From: an uncultured Candidatus Saccharibacteria bacterium
GTDB taxonomy: Bacteria > Patescibacteriota > Saccharimonadia > Saccharimonadales > JAUPVS01
Direction of reading: 5' to 3'
DNA length: 64,000 nt
Assembly (NCBI GenBank): GCA_964410185.1
Contig: CAYPFM010000003.1
Span: 18,437 to 82,436 of the forward strand
Part shown: positions 54,181-63,278 of the stretch, piece after piece
Layout of the letters: each line of letters opens with the position of its first letter
Position numbering within the stretch: the first letter of the stretch is position 1
Translations under genes and position numbers: made by a program
Notes under the pieces: generated by a model
Seen by the model: the letters and a program-made list of their open reading frames with translations, nothing else
Database searches by the model: none
What the model was told of the DNA's origin: nothing

Positions 54181-54731
54181 ACAAAGGCTTGGATGGGTTT
54201 GTAGGAGCGGCGGTGCAGCGGTGTAATACCCAGTGAATTCAAAGCTGCCAGATGCACTTTTGTGCCGTAGCCAACATGTTCGGCAAAGCAATAGCCGGGG
54301 AACTCCTCGGCATACTGGGCCATTTTTTGGTCACGGCTGACTTTGGCAAAAATACTGGCCGCACTGACAATCGGATAATCGGCATCGGCCTTAACAATAC
54401 ACTGCACATCAGTATACTTTTCGGGACAGTAGTTAATGTTACCATCCATGACTATTGACTCGTCTGCTTGGGCATCAAGCGCCGCAAGTGCCCGCTCCAC
54501 TGCTAGGTGCATGGCTGCTGTTAAGCCAATTTCATCGATCTCGGCTGGCTCGACCCAGCCTTCGCCTAAATCACAACTCGACTGAATGTCGACCATCAAA
54601 GCTTCACGCTGACCACGCTTAAGTACCTTAGAATCAGCCAGTCCAGTCGGCAATGCCGTCACTTGCCGAGCTGCTACGACCAGCAAGGGTCCGGCCCAGC
54701 AACCGCGTCCAACTTCATCAATCCCAATCAT
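54177..54731 (-). CDS. rnhB: ribonuclease HII
   Basis: 184 aa starting MIGIDEVGRGCWAGPL, with DSK in the catalytic region. Confidence 0.95.
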   Translation of the reverse strand: MIGIDEVGRGCWAGPLLVVAARQVTALPTGLADSKVLKRGQREALMVDIQSSCDLGEGWVEPAEIDEIGLTAAMHLAVERALAALDAQADESIVMDGNINYCPEKYTDVQCIVKADADYPIVSAASIFAKVSRDQKMAQYAEEFPGYCFAEHVGYGTKVHLAALNSLGITPLHRRSYKPIQAFV

Positions 54732-54791
54732 GTCCTTATGGTAACAAAAAACCGTCCCAGAACGAGACGGTTTTAATAACTAATTAAGAAT

Positions 54792-55328
54792 TTACTCTTT
54801 TTCGGCTTCGGGTGCTTCTTTATGAGCAGCAATTGCCGCTTCGGCCTTGGCTTCTAGTGCGGCAGCTTCGGCTTCTTTAGCGGCTTTTTCCGCTTCAGCA
54901 GCCTTGGCGGTTTCTTCCTTCAGCTTTTCTTCTTCGGCCTCAGCCTTAAGATCGCGAACATCATTCACCGCTTCTTTATCAAAAGCCATGCCAGTTAGGC
55001 GGGCTGACTTACCGGTGCGGGCGCGCATGTAGCTAAGGTAGTTGCGGCGAACCTTAGAACGCTTGACGATTTCTACCTTGGTAACAAGTGGAGAATGCAG
55101 TAGGTAGGTCTTTTCGACACCAACGCCACTGGCGATGCGGCGGACGGTAATAGAGGCGGTGTGGCTTTCTTTGCGGTCAACGCGGATAACCAAACCTTCA
55201 AAGATTTGGATACGCTCTTTGTTGCCTTCGCGGATTTTTTGGTGCACTTTTACGGTGTCACCGCTCTTGACGGGAACAACGGCGTTCTTTTTGAACTGGG
55301 CTTCGATTTCGTTAATAACAGATGACAT
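54792..55328 (-). CDS. rplS: 50S ribosomal protein L19 with an Ala/Glu/Lys-rich C-terminal extension
   Basis: 178 aa. L19 core (GDTVKVHQKIREGNKERIQIFEGLVI) followed by a roughly 55 aa AEK-rich tail. Confidence 0.94.
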   Translation of the reverse strand: MSSVINEIEAQFKKNAVVPVKSGDTVKVHQKIREGNKERIQIFEGLVIRVDRKESHTASITVRRIASGVGVEKTYLLHSPLVTKVEIVKRSKVRRNYLSYMRARTGKSARLTGMAFDKEAVNDVRDLKAEAEEEKLKEETAKAAEAEKAAKEAEAAALEAKAEAAIAAHKEAPEAEKE

Positions 55329-55374
55329 ATCCAGACAATTCTACACTAGTTCTCTGTTATTTGCAACACTTTGC

Positions 55375-56976
55375 CTAGCCAATAACGCGATAAATCTCGT
55401 CCAACGTGGTTTCGCCGGCTAAAACTTTAAGGATTCCGTCTTGGAGCATGGTGCGCATACCGCTCTTTATGGCGGCGGCTTCAATCTCTTGCGTGGTAGC
55501 CCCCTTGCCAGCAGCCATCAGCTTGGCAATCTCTCCGGTCATCAAGAATTGCTCACGCAGCGCTACCTGACCACTGTAACCGTATGGATTTTCGGCTGAC
55601 TTACCAGGCCGATATAGCTGTAAATTAGTAAGATCTGGGTGTGGCGTATTTTCGGGAAAGCCAGATACAATCACAGAAAGTTTATCGATAGTCTCTTGGT
55701 CCGGCGTGTAGGCTTCTTTTAGCTTGTCGTCGAGCCGACGCACGAGACGTTGTGCCATAACTAGGCGAATAGCCGATACGAACAGTGGGTTTTCACCAAT
55801 AATATCGTTCATGCGCGTAAGGGCGGCAGCAGCTGAACCGGCGTGGAAGGTCGAGAGCACCAAGTGTCCGGTCAGAGCGGCCTGGAGGGCGGTCTTGGCG
55901 GTATCGATGTCCCTAATCTCGCCCACCATCACGATATCGGGGTCGAGACGCAGGACAGCCCGCAAACGATCGGCAAAACGCGTGTCCTGACTATTGGCCG
56001 ACGTTACTGAAATCTGCGTAATGCCTTCGAACTGATACTCGACCGGGTCTTCGATGGTAATAATCTTGCGTTCGTCCGAATTGAGCGAATTGAGCATTGA
56101 GTACAGGGTGGTCGTTTTACCCGAACCCGTCGGCCCGACCGTCAGAACCAACCCAGTTGGCTTGCTAATGATGTCATCAACCACCGCCCGTTGTTCTTGG
56201 TCAAGGCCAAGGCGGTCCAGCTGATACATACTTTGTTCCATATTAAAGAGGCGCATAACCACATCCATGCCGTTGATGGTTGGCACGGTTTCCAAACGCA
56301 GGTTCACATCCACTTCCGAACCATCGGCCATCTTGACGCGCTGGGCAATGTGCCCTTGCTGGGCATCGGGAGAGGCGGTCGATATATTGCCGGCGCTGGC
56401 GATAGCAGACAGCAAAGTGCGGTACTTCTCGACCGTAAGCTGGGCAATGGAGTGCAGCACCCCATCAACACGTAAACGCACCCGTACCATGCTTTTTTGC
56501 ACTTCGAGGTGAATGTCGGAGGCGCCCAGGCGGTGGGCTTGCTGGACGAGGTAGGCCAAGGTATCATCCGCTCTCACCTGCTCCAGTGTGCTGGAGACCT
56601 GCTGAATGGCTTGCTGGTCGGTGCCTGGTTGGATGGAGATGTCTTGATACTCAACCTTTTTGGGCGGGTCATACAACTTCATGTACTCGCGATAGCCACC
56701 ATCAGATATCAGGGCAAAACTAACTCTCTGGTCAAGAAAACGGTCCTGCAAAGCCTTCATCGACTGCTGCGACGTAACATTGGTGACGCCAAATGTAATC
56801 GTGTGTTCGTCACTTTGCAACGGGATGACCTTAAGGTCATACAGCTCCTGGGTCGACAGCAGTTCCTTGTACAGTGTTTTTTGGCTAATTTGCGACGTGT
56901 CAATATACGCCATATTTAAGATACGGGCACGTCGCAGGGTGGACTGCTCTTCGTCGAGGCGAGCATCTTGACTCAT
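55375..56976 (-). CDS. pilB: type IV pilus / type II secretion assembly ATPase (PilB/GspE family)
   Basis: 533 aa with Walker A (GPTGSGKTTT), Asp box, Walker B and His box (GHLVLSTFH). Confidence 0.92.
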   Translation of the reverse strand: MSQDARLDEEQSTLRRARILNMAYIDTSQISQKTLYKELLSTQELYDLKVIPLQSDEHTITFGVTNVTSQQSMKALQDRFLDQRVSFALISDGGYREYMKLYDPPKKVEYQDISIQPGTDQQAIQQVSSTLEQVRADDTLAYLVQQAHRLGASDIHLEVQKSMVRVRLRVDGVLHSIAQLTVEKYRTLLSAIASAGNISTASPDAQQGHIAQRVKMADGSEVDVNLRLETVPTINGMDVVMRLFNMEQSMYQLDRLGLDQEQRAVVDDIISKPTGLVLTVGPTGSGKTTTLYSMLNSLNSDERKIITIEDPVEYQFEGITQISVTSANSQDTRFADRLRAVLRLDPDIVMVGEIRDIDTAKTALQAALTGHLVLSTFHAGSAAAALTRMNDIIGENPLFVSAIRLVMAQRLVRRLDDKLKEAYTPDQETIDKLSVIVSGFPENTPHPDLTNLQLYRPGKSAENPYGYSGQVALREQFLMTGEIAKLMAAGKGATTQEIEAAAIKSGMRTMLQDGILKVLAGETTLDEIYRVIG

Positions 56977-57034
56977 ACCTCTATTAAAGCATAAGCAGTC
57001 GCTTTTCGTGAAGGCTTCGCACTATAATGCGGAT

Positions 57035-57538
57035 ATGTCCCGCCAGATTATAGTTATCGCCCACAATCTTCGCAGCACCCATAACGTTGGTTCACTATTG
57101 CGCACTGCCGAGGGCTTGGGCATCGAGCATGTCTATTTGACTGGCTACACCCCCTACCCATTAACTCCTGACGACGCACGCTTACCGCACATTTCTCACA
57201 AACTGGCGCGGCAAATTAACAAAACCGCCTTGGATGCCGAACGTACCCAAGCCTGGACGCACCAAGAAGATGTGATGGGTCTGATTGCCGAACTTAAGGC
57301 CGACGACTACACCATAGCAGCCCTTGAACAAACGCCTGACGCCGTGGCTCTGCCGGACTACAACCCACCCGCCAAAGTTGCCTTAATCTTGGGGCGTGAA
57401 GTCGAAGGGGTCGAACCGGCCGTTTTGGTAGCCAGTAACCTGCAGCTGGTAATTCCCATGTTTGGCTCCAAAGAGTCATTTAATGTCGTACAAGCTGCAG
57501 CGATGGCACTGTACCACCTTCGTTTTTGCCTGCTATGA
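57035..57538 (+). CDS. SpoU/TrmH-family RNA 2'-O-methyltransferase
   Basis: Contains NVGSLLRTAEGLG and LILGREVEGV...IPMFGSKESFNVVQAAAMALY. TATAAT (57023-57028) lies 6 nt before the ATG at 57035. The track start at 57008 is GTG. Confidence 0.88.
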   Translation: MSRQIIVIAHNLRSTHNVGSLLRTAEGLGIEHVYLTGYTPYPLTPDDARLPHISHKLARQINKTALDAERTQAWTHQEDVMGLIAELKADDYTIAALEQTPDAVALPDYNPPAKVALILGREVEGVEPAVLVASNLQLVIPMFGSKESFNVVQAAAMALYHLRFCLL

Positions 57539-57539
57539 A

Positions 57540-57650
57540 TTTTGGAGCACCATTTAACCAAAAGGTAAGAATTCAGATCAACTAAGTTAATAACATTCTG
57601 AAGTTATTTAATCTGAATTCTTAAAAACTCGTTAAGTCATGCTCCAAAAA
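57540..57650. repeat. MITE-like palindromic intergenic element, copy 2
   Basis: Perfect 12-bp arms AAGAATTCAGAT (57567-57578) and ATCTGAATTCTT (57611-57622). Outer arms TTTTGGAGC and GCTCCAAAA. Homologous to 1608-1732. It begins 1 nt after the methyltransferase stop. Confidence 0.7.
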
Positions 57651-57725
57651 CCATAGCAAGCAAAACGGCAATCATGCCACACCGGTTGCTTGATTTTTAG
57701 CATAAGCAACGTACAATAAGTATGG

Positions 57726-58613
57726 ATGCCTGTCAAAACACACAAAGTTGCAAAAAAACACCCTCATCACTACGCCAAAGTCTATTGGCCGTATTTGCCA
57801 TTGATTCTGTTGGTGCTGATTGGTTTGTGGGTTGGCAAGCCGTTTGTGGAACGCTCACAGCGCGGCGTCCTTGCCTATACTACTGATGTTACTAGCGCCG
57901 ACCTGCTTATCGATTCCAATCAGGCTCGACAGAGCGAAGGCAGCCAGGCTGTTAAACTCAATTCACAATTATCTCAAGCCGCCCAGGCGAAGGCCAACGA
58001 CATGGTTAGTCGTAACTACTGGTCTCATATTACTCCCGACGGCAAAACGCCGTGGGTCTTTATTGATACTGCTGGTTATCAGTACCAGAAAGCTGGAGAG
58101 AATTTGGCCTTTGGTTTCGCCGACACCAATGACATTATCAAAGGTTGGATGAACAGTCCGGCTCACAAACAAAACTTACTTGACGCTAGTTACAGCGAGG
58201 TTGGGTTTGGAATCGCCAACAGTCAGAACTTCCAAGGTAACGGACCAGAAACTATTGTCGTCGCAATGTATGGCCAGCCTGGTGAAAAACCCGTCTTTGG
58301 CGCTAGCTCAACCACCCCAACCCCAGCAGTCGCTGCCTTTAACACCAGTAACCCATTCTTGAATGAAGCCGGCAATAGCATTAGTAAGGCTCAGGCGATC
58401 ACCAGTGGCCAAACACCCTGGATCACGTTTGCGCTTGGATTACTTGGTGGTGCCGGCATCGCCTACATCATCGTTAAAAACAGTGTGGTGTTACATCGCA
58501 AGTTACGCAAAGGTGAAAAGTTTGCGCTCCAACACCCATTACTTGATATCACCGTAATTGTCTTCGTCGTCGTCTGCGCCTTGCTCAGCCAGAGCGTTGG
58601 CTTCATCCGTTAA
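57726..58613 (+). CDS. CAP/SCP (PR-1-like) domain protein with N- and C-terminal membrane anchors
   Basis: 295 aa. CAP core NDMVSRNYWSHITPDG...GENLAFGF...GWMNSPAHKQNLL, flanked by TM helices. Confidence 0.85.
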   Translation: MPVKTHKVAKKHPHHYAKVYWPYLPLILLVLIGLWVGKPFVERSQRGVLAYTTDVTSADLLIDSNQARQSEGSQAVKLNSQLSQAAQAKANDMVSRNYWSHITPDGKTPWVFIDTAGYQYQKAGENLAFGFADTNDIIKGWMNSPAHKQNLLDASYSEVGFGIANSQNFQGNGPETIVVAMYGQPGEKPVFGASSTTPTPAVAAFNTSNPFLNEAGNSISKAQAITSGQTPWITFALGLLGGAGIAYIIVKNSVVLHRKLRKGEKFALQHPLLDITVIVFVVVCALLSQSVGFIR

Positions 58614-58617
58614 GTAA

Positions 58618-61600
58618 CTACTGAAGCTTAACGTTTGCCGCTCCGACCAGGCCTGCGAGTTTTGTCATAACGTCTTGGTGTCTGTCGACCCGGCTGGGTA
58701 ATTTAACGATTTGTTTGTTTGCTGCTGGGCCAAGCACCAAAACCACTTCGGTTTCCCCGGAGTGCGAATCAATTGTTTCCTTTAGCGACAGTAATAATTC
58801 TTGGTCAGCGCTGTTTTCTAGTCGAATATACACCCGTTCCATGGTTGGCAACGAACCCTGCTCATCGCCCTTGGGTTTGGCGGCAATCACTTTTTTGCTT
58901 GGTTTCGGCACTTTTTTATCCTTGCCGCTGGCTTGGTAGGCCTGGGCTTGTTCGACCGTCACTTCGCGCGCGTCGTCGACCATCACCTTTACCTCGTCGG
59001 TAAGATTACCTTCCCGATCCTTAGAATTAACCTTTCCATGCACCAAGACGACACGGTCGCGCTCCCAGATACCAGTAGTCTGTTGGTAGGCATTGGGGAA
59101 TAATATGAGCTCGATATCGCCTTTCATATCAGCAATCTTGATAAAGGCCATCTTTTGTCCCTTTTTGGTGGTGATCTCGCGTAGCTCATTAATGGTGCCG
59201 GCCACAGTAATTGGTTTACCATCATGCTCGGGTTTGATTTCGGAGAGCGGCACGGCTTGCTCCCGCAAAAAGTCTTCAAACGCACCCAGCGGGTGCTGAG
59301 ACAGGTACAGACCAAGGAGTTCACGCTCCCATTGCAACTGGACATGCGAGTTGTGCTGTTCAACAGCAGGATCAAGAATGAGCTTAGGGATGACCACTTC
59401 CACGCCCAGCTCCCCAAAAATGTCGGTTTGGCCACTGTTGGCCTCTTTTTGCAGGCGGTTGGCGTAGGCCAGAAAGGCATCGATATTTCCCAGTAGAACG
59501 CTGCGATCGGCAAATCGGTCAAAGGCACCTGACTTCACTAAGCTTTCGATAGTTTTGCGATTCACGATCCGGGCGCTCACCTTGCTCGCAAAGTCTTCCA
59601 GGCTCACAAAGCTACCAGTTTCGGCTCGGGCTCGCAAGATCTCGTCGACAGCTCCGGCACCAACGTTCTTAATAGCCTTCATGCCAAAGCGAATCTGTTG
59701 CTTGCCAGGCACGGCCGCAAACTCCATAAATGATTCGTTAACATCGGGTGGCAACACCTCGATGCCCATTCGCTTGCACTCACTAATTTCGATAGCCAAG
59801 CGATCGGTATCATCAAAATCGCTGGTCATAACCGCGGCCATAAAGGCCACAGGGTAATGCGCTTTAAGATAGGCGGTTTGGTAGGAAATCAAACCATAGC
59901 AAGCAGCGTGCGACTTGTTAAAACAGTAGGCCGCAAAGTCTTCGAGCTGCTTCCAGAATTGTTCGGCCGCGGCGCGGGGCATGTCGGATTCTTTGATAGC
60001 CCCCTCGATGAACTCGACCTTCATCTTAGCCATCATGGCTACATTCTTCTTACCAATTGCCTTGCGCAGCGTATCGGCCTGCCCGCCGGTAAAACCACAG
60101 AGGTCTTTACTAATCTGCATGACCTGTTCTTGGTAGACCAAAATGCCATAGGTATTCTCGAGGGCGTTCTTCATTTTGGGATGAACGTATTTAATGCGTG
60201 AGTTGTCGTGCTTACGCGCAATAAAGTCGTCAATAAACTGCATTGGCCCCGGGCGATATAACGCCACCATGGCAATGATGTCTTCAAACGTGGTTGGTTT
60301 TAGGTCCTTCAGGTAGCGCTTCATACCGGCCGATTCCACCTGGAACACGCCGGTTGTATCACCCCGTTGGAATAGCTCATAGGTCTCTTCGTCGTCCAAT
60401 GGGATGGTATTGATGTCGATATCCTTGCCGTACACCTTGCGAATGATACGTAGGGCATTGTTGATAATCGTCAGGTTTGACAGCCCCAAAAAGTCCATTT
60501 TCAGCAGGCCGAGCTCTTCGACCGGTCCCATCGAATACTGCGTGGCCACGACTCCCTTTTGGGCCATTTCCAGCGGGGCGAACTTGACGATGTCATCAGG
60601 AGCAATCACCACACCGGCAGCATGCACACCATGGCTACGAATGGTTCCTTCTAGCTGAACGGCCAAGTCAAAGACGCGCTTGGATTGTTCGTTGTTTTTG
60701 TATTCAGCCTTTAGATCATGGTCATCCTTGAGCGATTTTTCTAAAGGAATGTGGCGGCCTTGCACCGGCGGCGGAATCATCTTGGCCAAACGGTCGGCAT
60801 CGGCGTATGGCACTTGCAAAACCCGCGCCACATCGCGGACGGCGTTACGCGCCGCCATGCGACCAAAGGTGACAATGTTAGCCACCCGTTCGGTGCCGTA
60901 CTTTTCGACACAGTATTCAATCACCTCGTTGCGGCGGCTATCCTGAATATCGATATCAACATCGGGCATACTAATGCGATCCGGGTTCAAAAAGCGCTCA
61001 AACAGCAGGTCGTATTTGAGCGGATCGAGTTCAGTGATTTTTAACGAGTAGGCAATGATTGAACCAGCGGCCGAACCACGACCCGGGCCAAAAACAATTC
61101 CCTTGTCCTTCCCGGCATTAATGAAATCAGAAATAATTAAGAAGTAGCCGTTGAAGCCCATGCTCTCGATGATACCCAGCTCGTACGAGGCACGTTCGGC
61201 CACGTCTGTTGGTAGGGTTTTTTGGGCATCAGCCTTACTAAGTAGGGCCGCTTCGTCTTCGGATACGCCACCATAACGCCAGGCTAAGCCTCGATAGACC
61301 AAATCTTCCAGGTAACTTCTCTCAGTTTTACCTTTGGGTACGGGAAACTTTGGAATCAAAATTTTGCCCAGCTCAATGTCAACATCGCAGCGATCGGCGA
61401 TTGCCTTGGTATTGGTAATCATTTCGGGGTAGTCTGTGCCCCAACGCTCAATCACATCTTGAGGATCGGTCACGTGCAGCTCAAACTCCTTGAGACTCAT
61501 GCGATCGGTGTCGCTGAGATACGAACCAGTTTGGACACACAAGAGAATTTCGTGCGCTTCTTGATCTTTGTGCTGCAAATAGTGCGCGTCACAGGTGACG

Positions 61601-62253
61601 ACGCCTTGAATAGCAAGGTCTTTGGCGAGTTTATGGGTGAGCTTGGTGACAGCCACCTGCTCATCCCACTTGGAAGGATGCTCCGGGTGTCCGTGATCTT
61701 GGAACTCGAGATAATAACGATCACCAAAGACCGACTTGTACCAACTGGCTACTTCTTTGGCTTTATCGTACTGTTCTTGGCGCAGTAAATCACCAACTTC
61801 ACCACCAATACAGCCGCTCAGAATAATCAGACCCTCGTTATACTTTTCGAGCAGTTCGTGGTCAATTCGTGGTTTGTAGTAGAAACCATCCAGGTTGGCG
61901 ATGGTGCTGAGGCGCATCAGATTCTGGTAGCCAGTATTATTCATGGCCAGGATAATCAGGTGGTAGTAAATCTTGTCCTTGCCTGGTTCTTTGTCGGTAT
62001 GCTTGCGAGTGGCAACGTACGCCTCCATACCCAAAACTGACTTGATGCCAGCGGCTTTGCCCTCTTTGTAGAATTCAATTAACCCCGACAGGGTGCCGTG
62101 ATCGGTGATCGCCACAGCCTCCATGCCCTTGTCTTTGGCATAGTCAAAAAGAGCTGGAATCTTGGTTAAACCATCCAGCAAACTGTACTGCGTGTGATTG
62201 TGTAAATGCACATAATCACTCGGCGATAAGTTGTTCCCCGATTTCCCCGGCAT
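58618..62253 (-). CDS. dnaE: DNA polymerase III subunit alpha
   Basis: 1211 aa with an N-terminal PHP domain (VHLHNHTQYSLLDG), polymerase core and OB fold. Confidence 0.97.
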   Translation of the reverse strand: MPGKSGNNLSPSDYVHLHNHTQYSLLDGLTKIPALFDYAKDKGMEAVAITDHGTLSGLIEFYKEGKAAGIKSVLGMEAYVATRKHTDKEPGKDKIYYHLIILAMNNTGYQNLMRLSTIANLDGFYYKPRIDHELLEKYNEGLIILSGCIGGEVGDLLRQEQYDKAKEVASWYKSVFGDRYYLEFQDHGHPEHPSKWDEQVAVTKLTHKLAKDLAIQGVVTCDAHYLQHKDQEAHEILLCVQTGSYLSDTDRMSLKEFELHVTDPQDVIERWGTDYPEMITNTKAIADRCDVDIELGKILIPKFPVPKGKTERSYLEDLVYRGLAWRYGGVSEDEAALLSKADAQKTLPTDVAERASYELGIIESMGFNGYFLIISDFINAGKDKGIVFGPGRGSAAGSIIAYSLKITELDPLKYDLLFERFLNPDRISMPDVDIDIQDSRRNEVIEYCVEKYGTERVANIVTFGRMAARNAVRDVARVLQVPYADADRLAKMIPPPVQGRHIPLEKSLKDDHDLKAEYKNNEQSKRVFDLAVQLEGTIRSHGVHAAGVVIAPDDIVKFAPLEMAQKGVVATQYSMGPVEELGLLKMDFLGLSNLTIINNALRIIRKVYGKDIDINTIPLDDEETYELFQRGDTTGVFQVESAGMKRYLKDLKPTTFEDIIAMVALYRPGPMQFIDDFIARKHDNSRIKYVHPKMKNALENTYGILVYQEQVMQISKDLCGFTGGQADTLRKAIGKKNVAMMAKMKVEFIEGAIKESDMPRAAAEQFWKQLEDFAAYCFNKSHAACYGLISYQTAYLKAHYPVAFMAAVMTSDFDDTDRLAIEISECKRMGIEVLPPDVNESFMEFAAVPGKQQIRFGMKAIKNVGAGAVDEILRARAETGSFVSLEDFASKVSARIVNRKTIESLVKSGAFDRFADRSVLLGNIDAFLAYANRLQKEANSGQTDIFGELGVEVVIPKLILDPAVEQHNSHVQLQWERELLGLYLSQHPLGAFEDFLREQAVPLSEIKPEHDGKPITVAGTINELREITTKKGQKMAFIKIADMKGDIELILFPNAYQQTTGIWERDRVVLVHGKVNSKDREGNLTDEVKVMVDDAREVTVEQAQAYQASGKDKKVPKPSKKVIAAKPKGDEQGSLPTMERVYIRLENSADQELLLSLKETIDSHSGETEVVLVLGPAANKQIVKLPSRVDRHQDVMTKLAGLVGAANVKLQ

Positions 62254-62313
62254 AGCCTGTTACCCTCGCACCGTTACTCACTTATTATACTCGATTAACG
62301 GCGGTACGTCAGT

Positions 62314-62604
62314 CTACTGCGCAGGCTTTACAACACTATTTTGGTTCTGCTGCAGGGTATGATGAATATTCTGCGAAAGCTGGTCAACAAAAGGCACACT
62401 ATTAAATAGCGTAAGCACCCAAAGAATAATTGTCACCACGACCGTGGCACCAATAACACCACCTAAACCAACTAACACGCCCTTTATAAAACTTTGCTTG
62501 TAAAATCGTTTATTGGTGACGTAACCAGTCTCGTAGACATCGACCAATAGACGGCCAATATCTTCATAGTCTTTGGGTGATAATTTAGCTTTTGGCTTTG
62601 ACAT
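62314..62604 (-). CDS. small hypothetical membrane protein
   Basis: 96 aa with one or two TM helices. Overlaps the upstream gene by 20 nt. Confidence 0.5.
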   Translation of the reverse strand: MSKPKAKLSPKDYEDIGRLLVDVYETGYVTNKRFYKQSFIKGVLVGLGGVIGATVVVTIILWVLTLFNSVPFVDQLSQNIHHTLQQNQNSVVKPAQ

Positions 62605-63001
62605 TCTTGGCGAGGTAAGACTTCAAGCTATCGACGGCAGCGGTAGCGTCCTTAATAGCTTTTTGTAAGTCCTTGTCGTCGGTGCCACCTTCGTGAATCG
62701 AAGAGAGGACGGCGCGCACTTTATCTTTGCTGGCGACTGCCGCTTCAGCCAATTTTTCCCATTCAGCCTTTGCAGCGTCTGACAGTTTAGCGGTCGCTTC
62801 TTTTCCCTGGTTCAACAAATCATTGAGTTGGCTGTGCAACTGCTTGAGTTTTTTCTCGGCCTCAACCTTTGCCTTGACGGCAGTATCACGGATATCTTTA
62901 CGTGTTTCTTTACCGCTCTTTGGTGCGGTTAAAATTCCAGCTACATAACCGACGGCACCCGCAACGACGGCGCCAATTGCGATATTCTTACCTTTTCCCA
63001 T
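62585..63001 (-). CDS. YtxH-like stress-associated membrane protein
   Basis: 138 aa with a Gly-rich TM helix followed by APKSGKETRKD and a long charged helix, typical of the YtxH family. Confidence 0.7.
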   Translation of the reverse strand: MGKGKNIAIGAVVAGAVGYVAGILTAPKSGKETRKDIRDTAVKAKVEAEKKLKQLHSQLNDLLNQGKEATAKLSDAAKAEWEKLAEAAVASKDKVRAVLSSIHEGGTDDKDLQKAIKDATAAVDSLKSYLAKNVKAKS

Positions 63002-63003
63002 GA

Positions 63004-63264
63004 TTACTTATCCTTCCTCTTACTAACTGCATCAAAAATATTGGTTAATACTCTTCCTATGGCCACCGGCGCGGCAGCATTCTGAAACATTTCGGCGGCT
63101 GCTTCGGCGCGATCGGCAATTTCTTCGCCTTTGGTAGCGATACGCTGCACGCTATCAGTAACTTTAATCAGTTTAATTAACAGGACGATTCCCAAAATCA
63201 GGAAGACTGCCAGGGTAATCGATAAAATGACGACGAGGATTGTTAGACTGGTTTCTGTACTCAT
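63004..63264 (-). CDS. small membrane protein (DUF948-like)
   Basis: 86 aa with an N-terminal TM helix and a charged helix. Often found beside YtxH. Family assignment is tentative. Confidence 0.55.
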   Translation of the reverse strand: MSTETSLTILVVILSITLAVFLILGIVLLIKLIKVTDSVQRIATKGEEIADRAEAAAEMFQNAAAPVAIGRVLTNIFDAVSKRKDK

Positions 63265-63278
63265 ACTTGTATTATACC

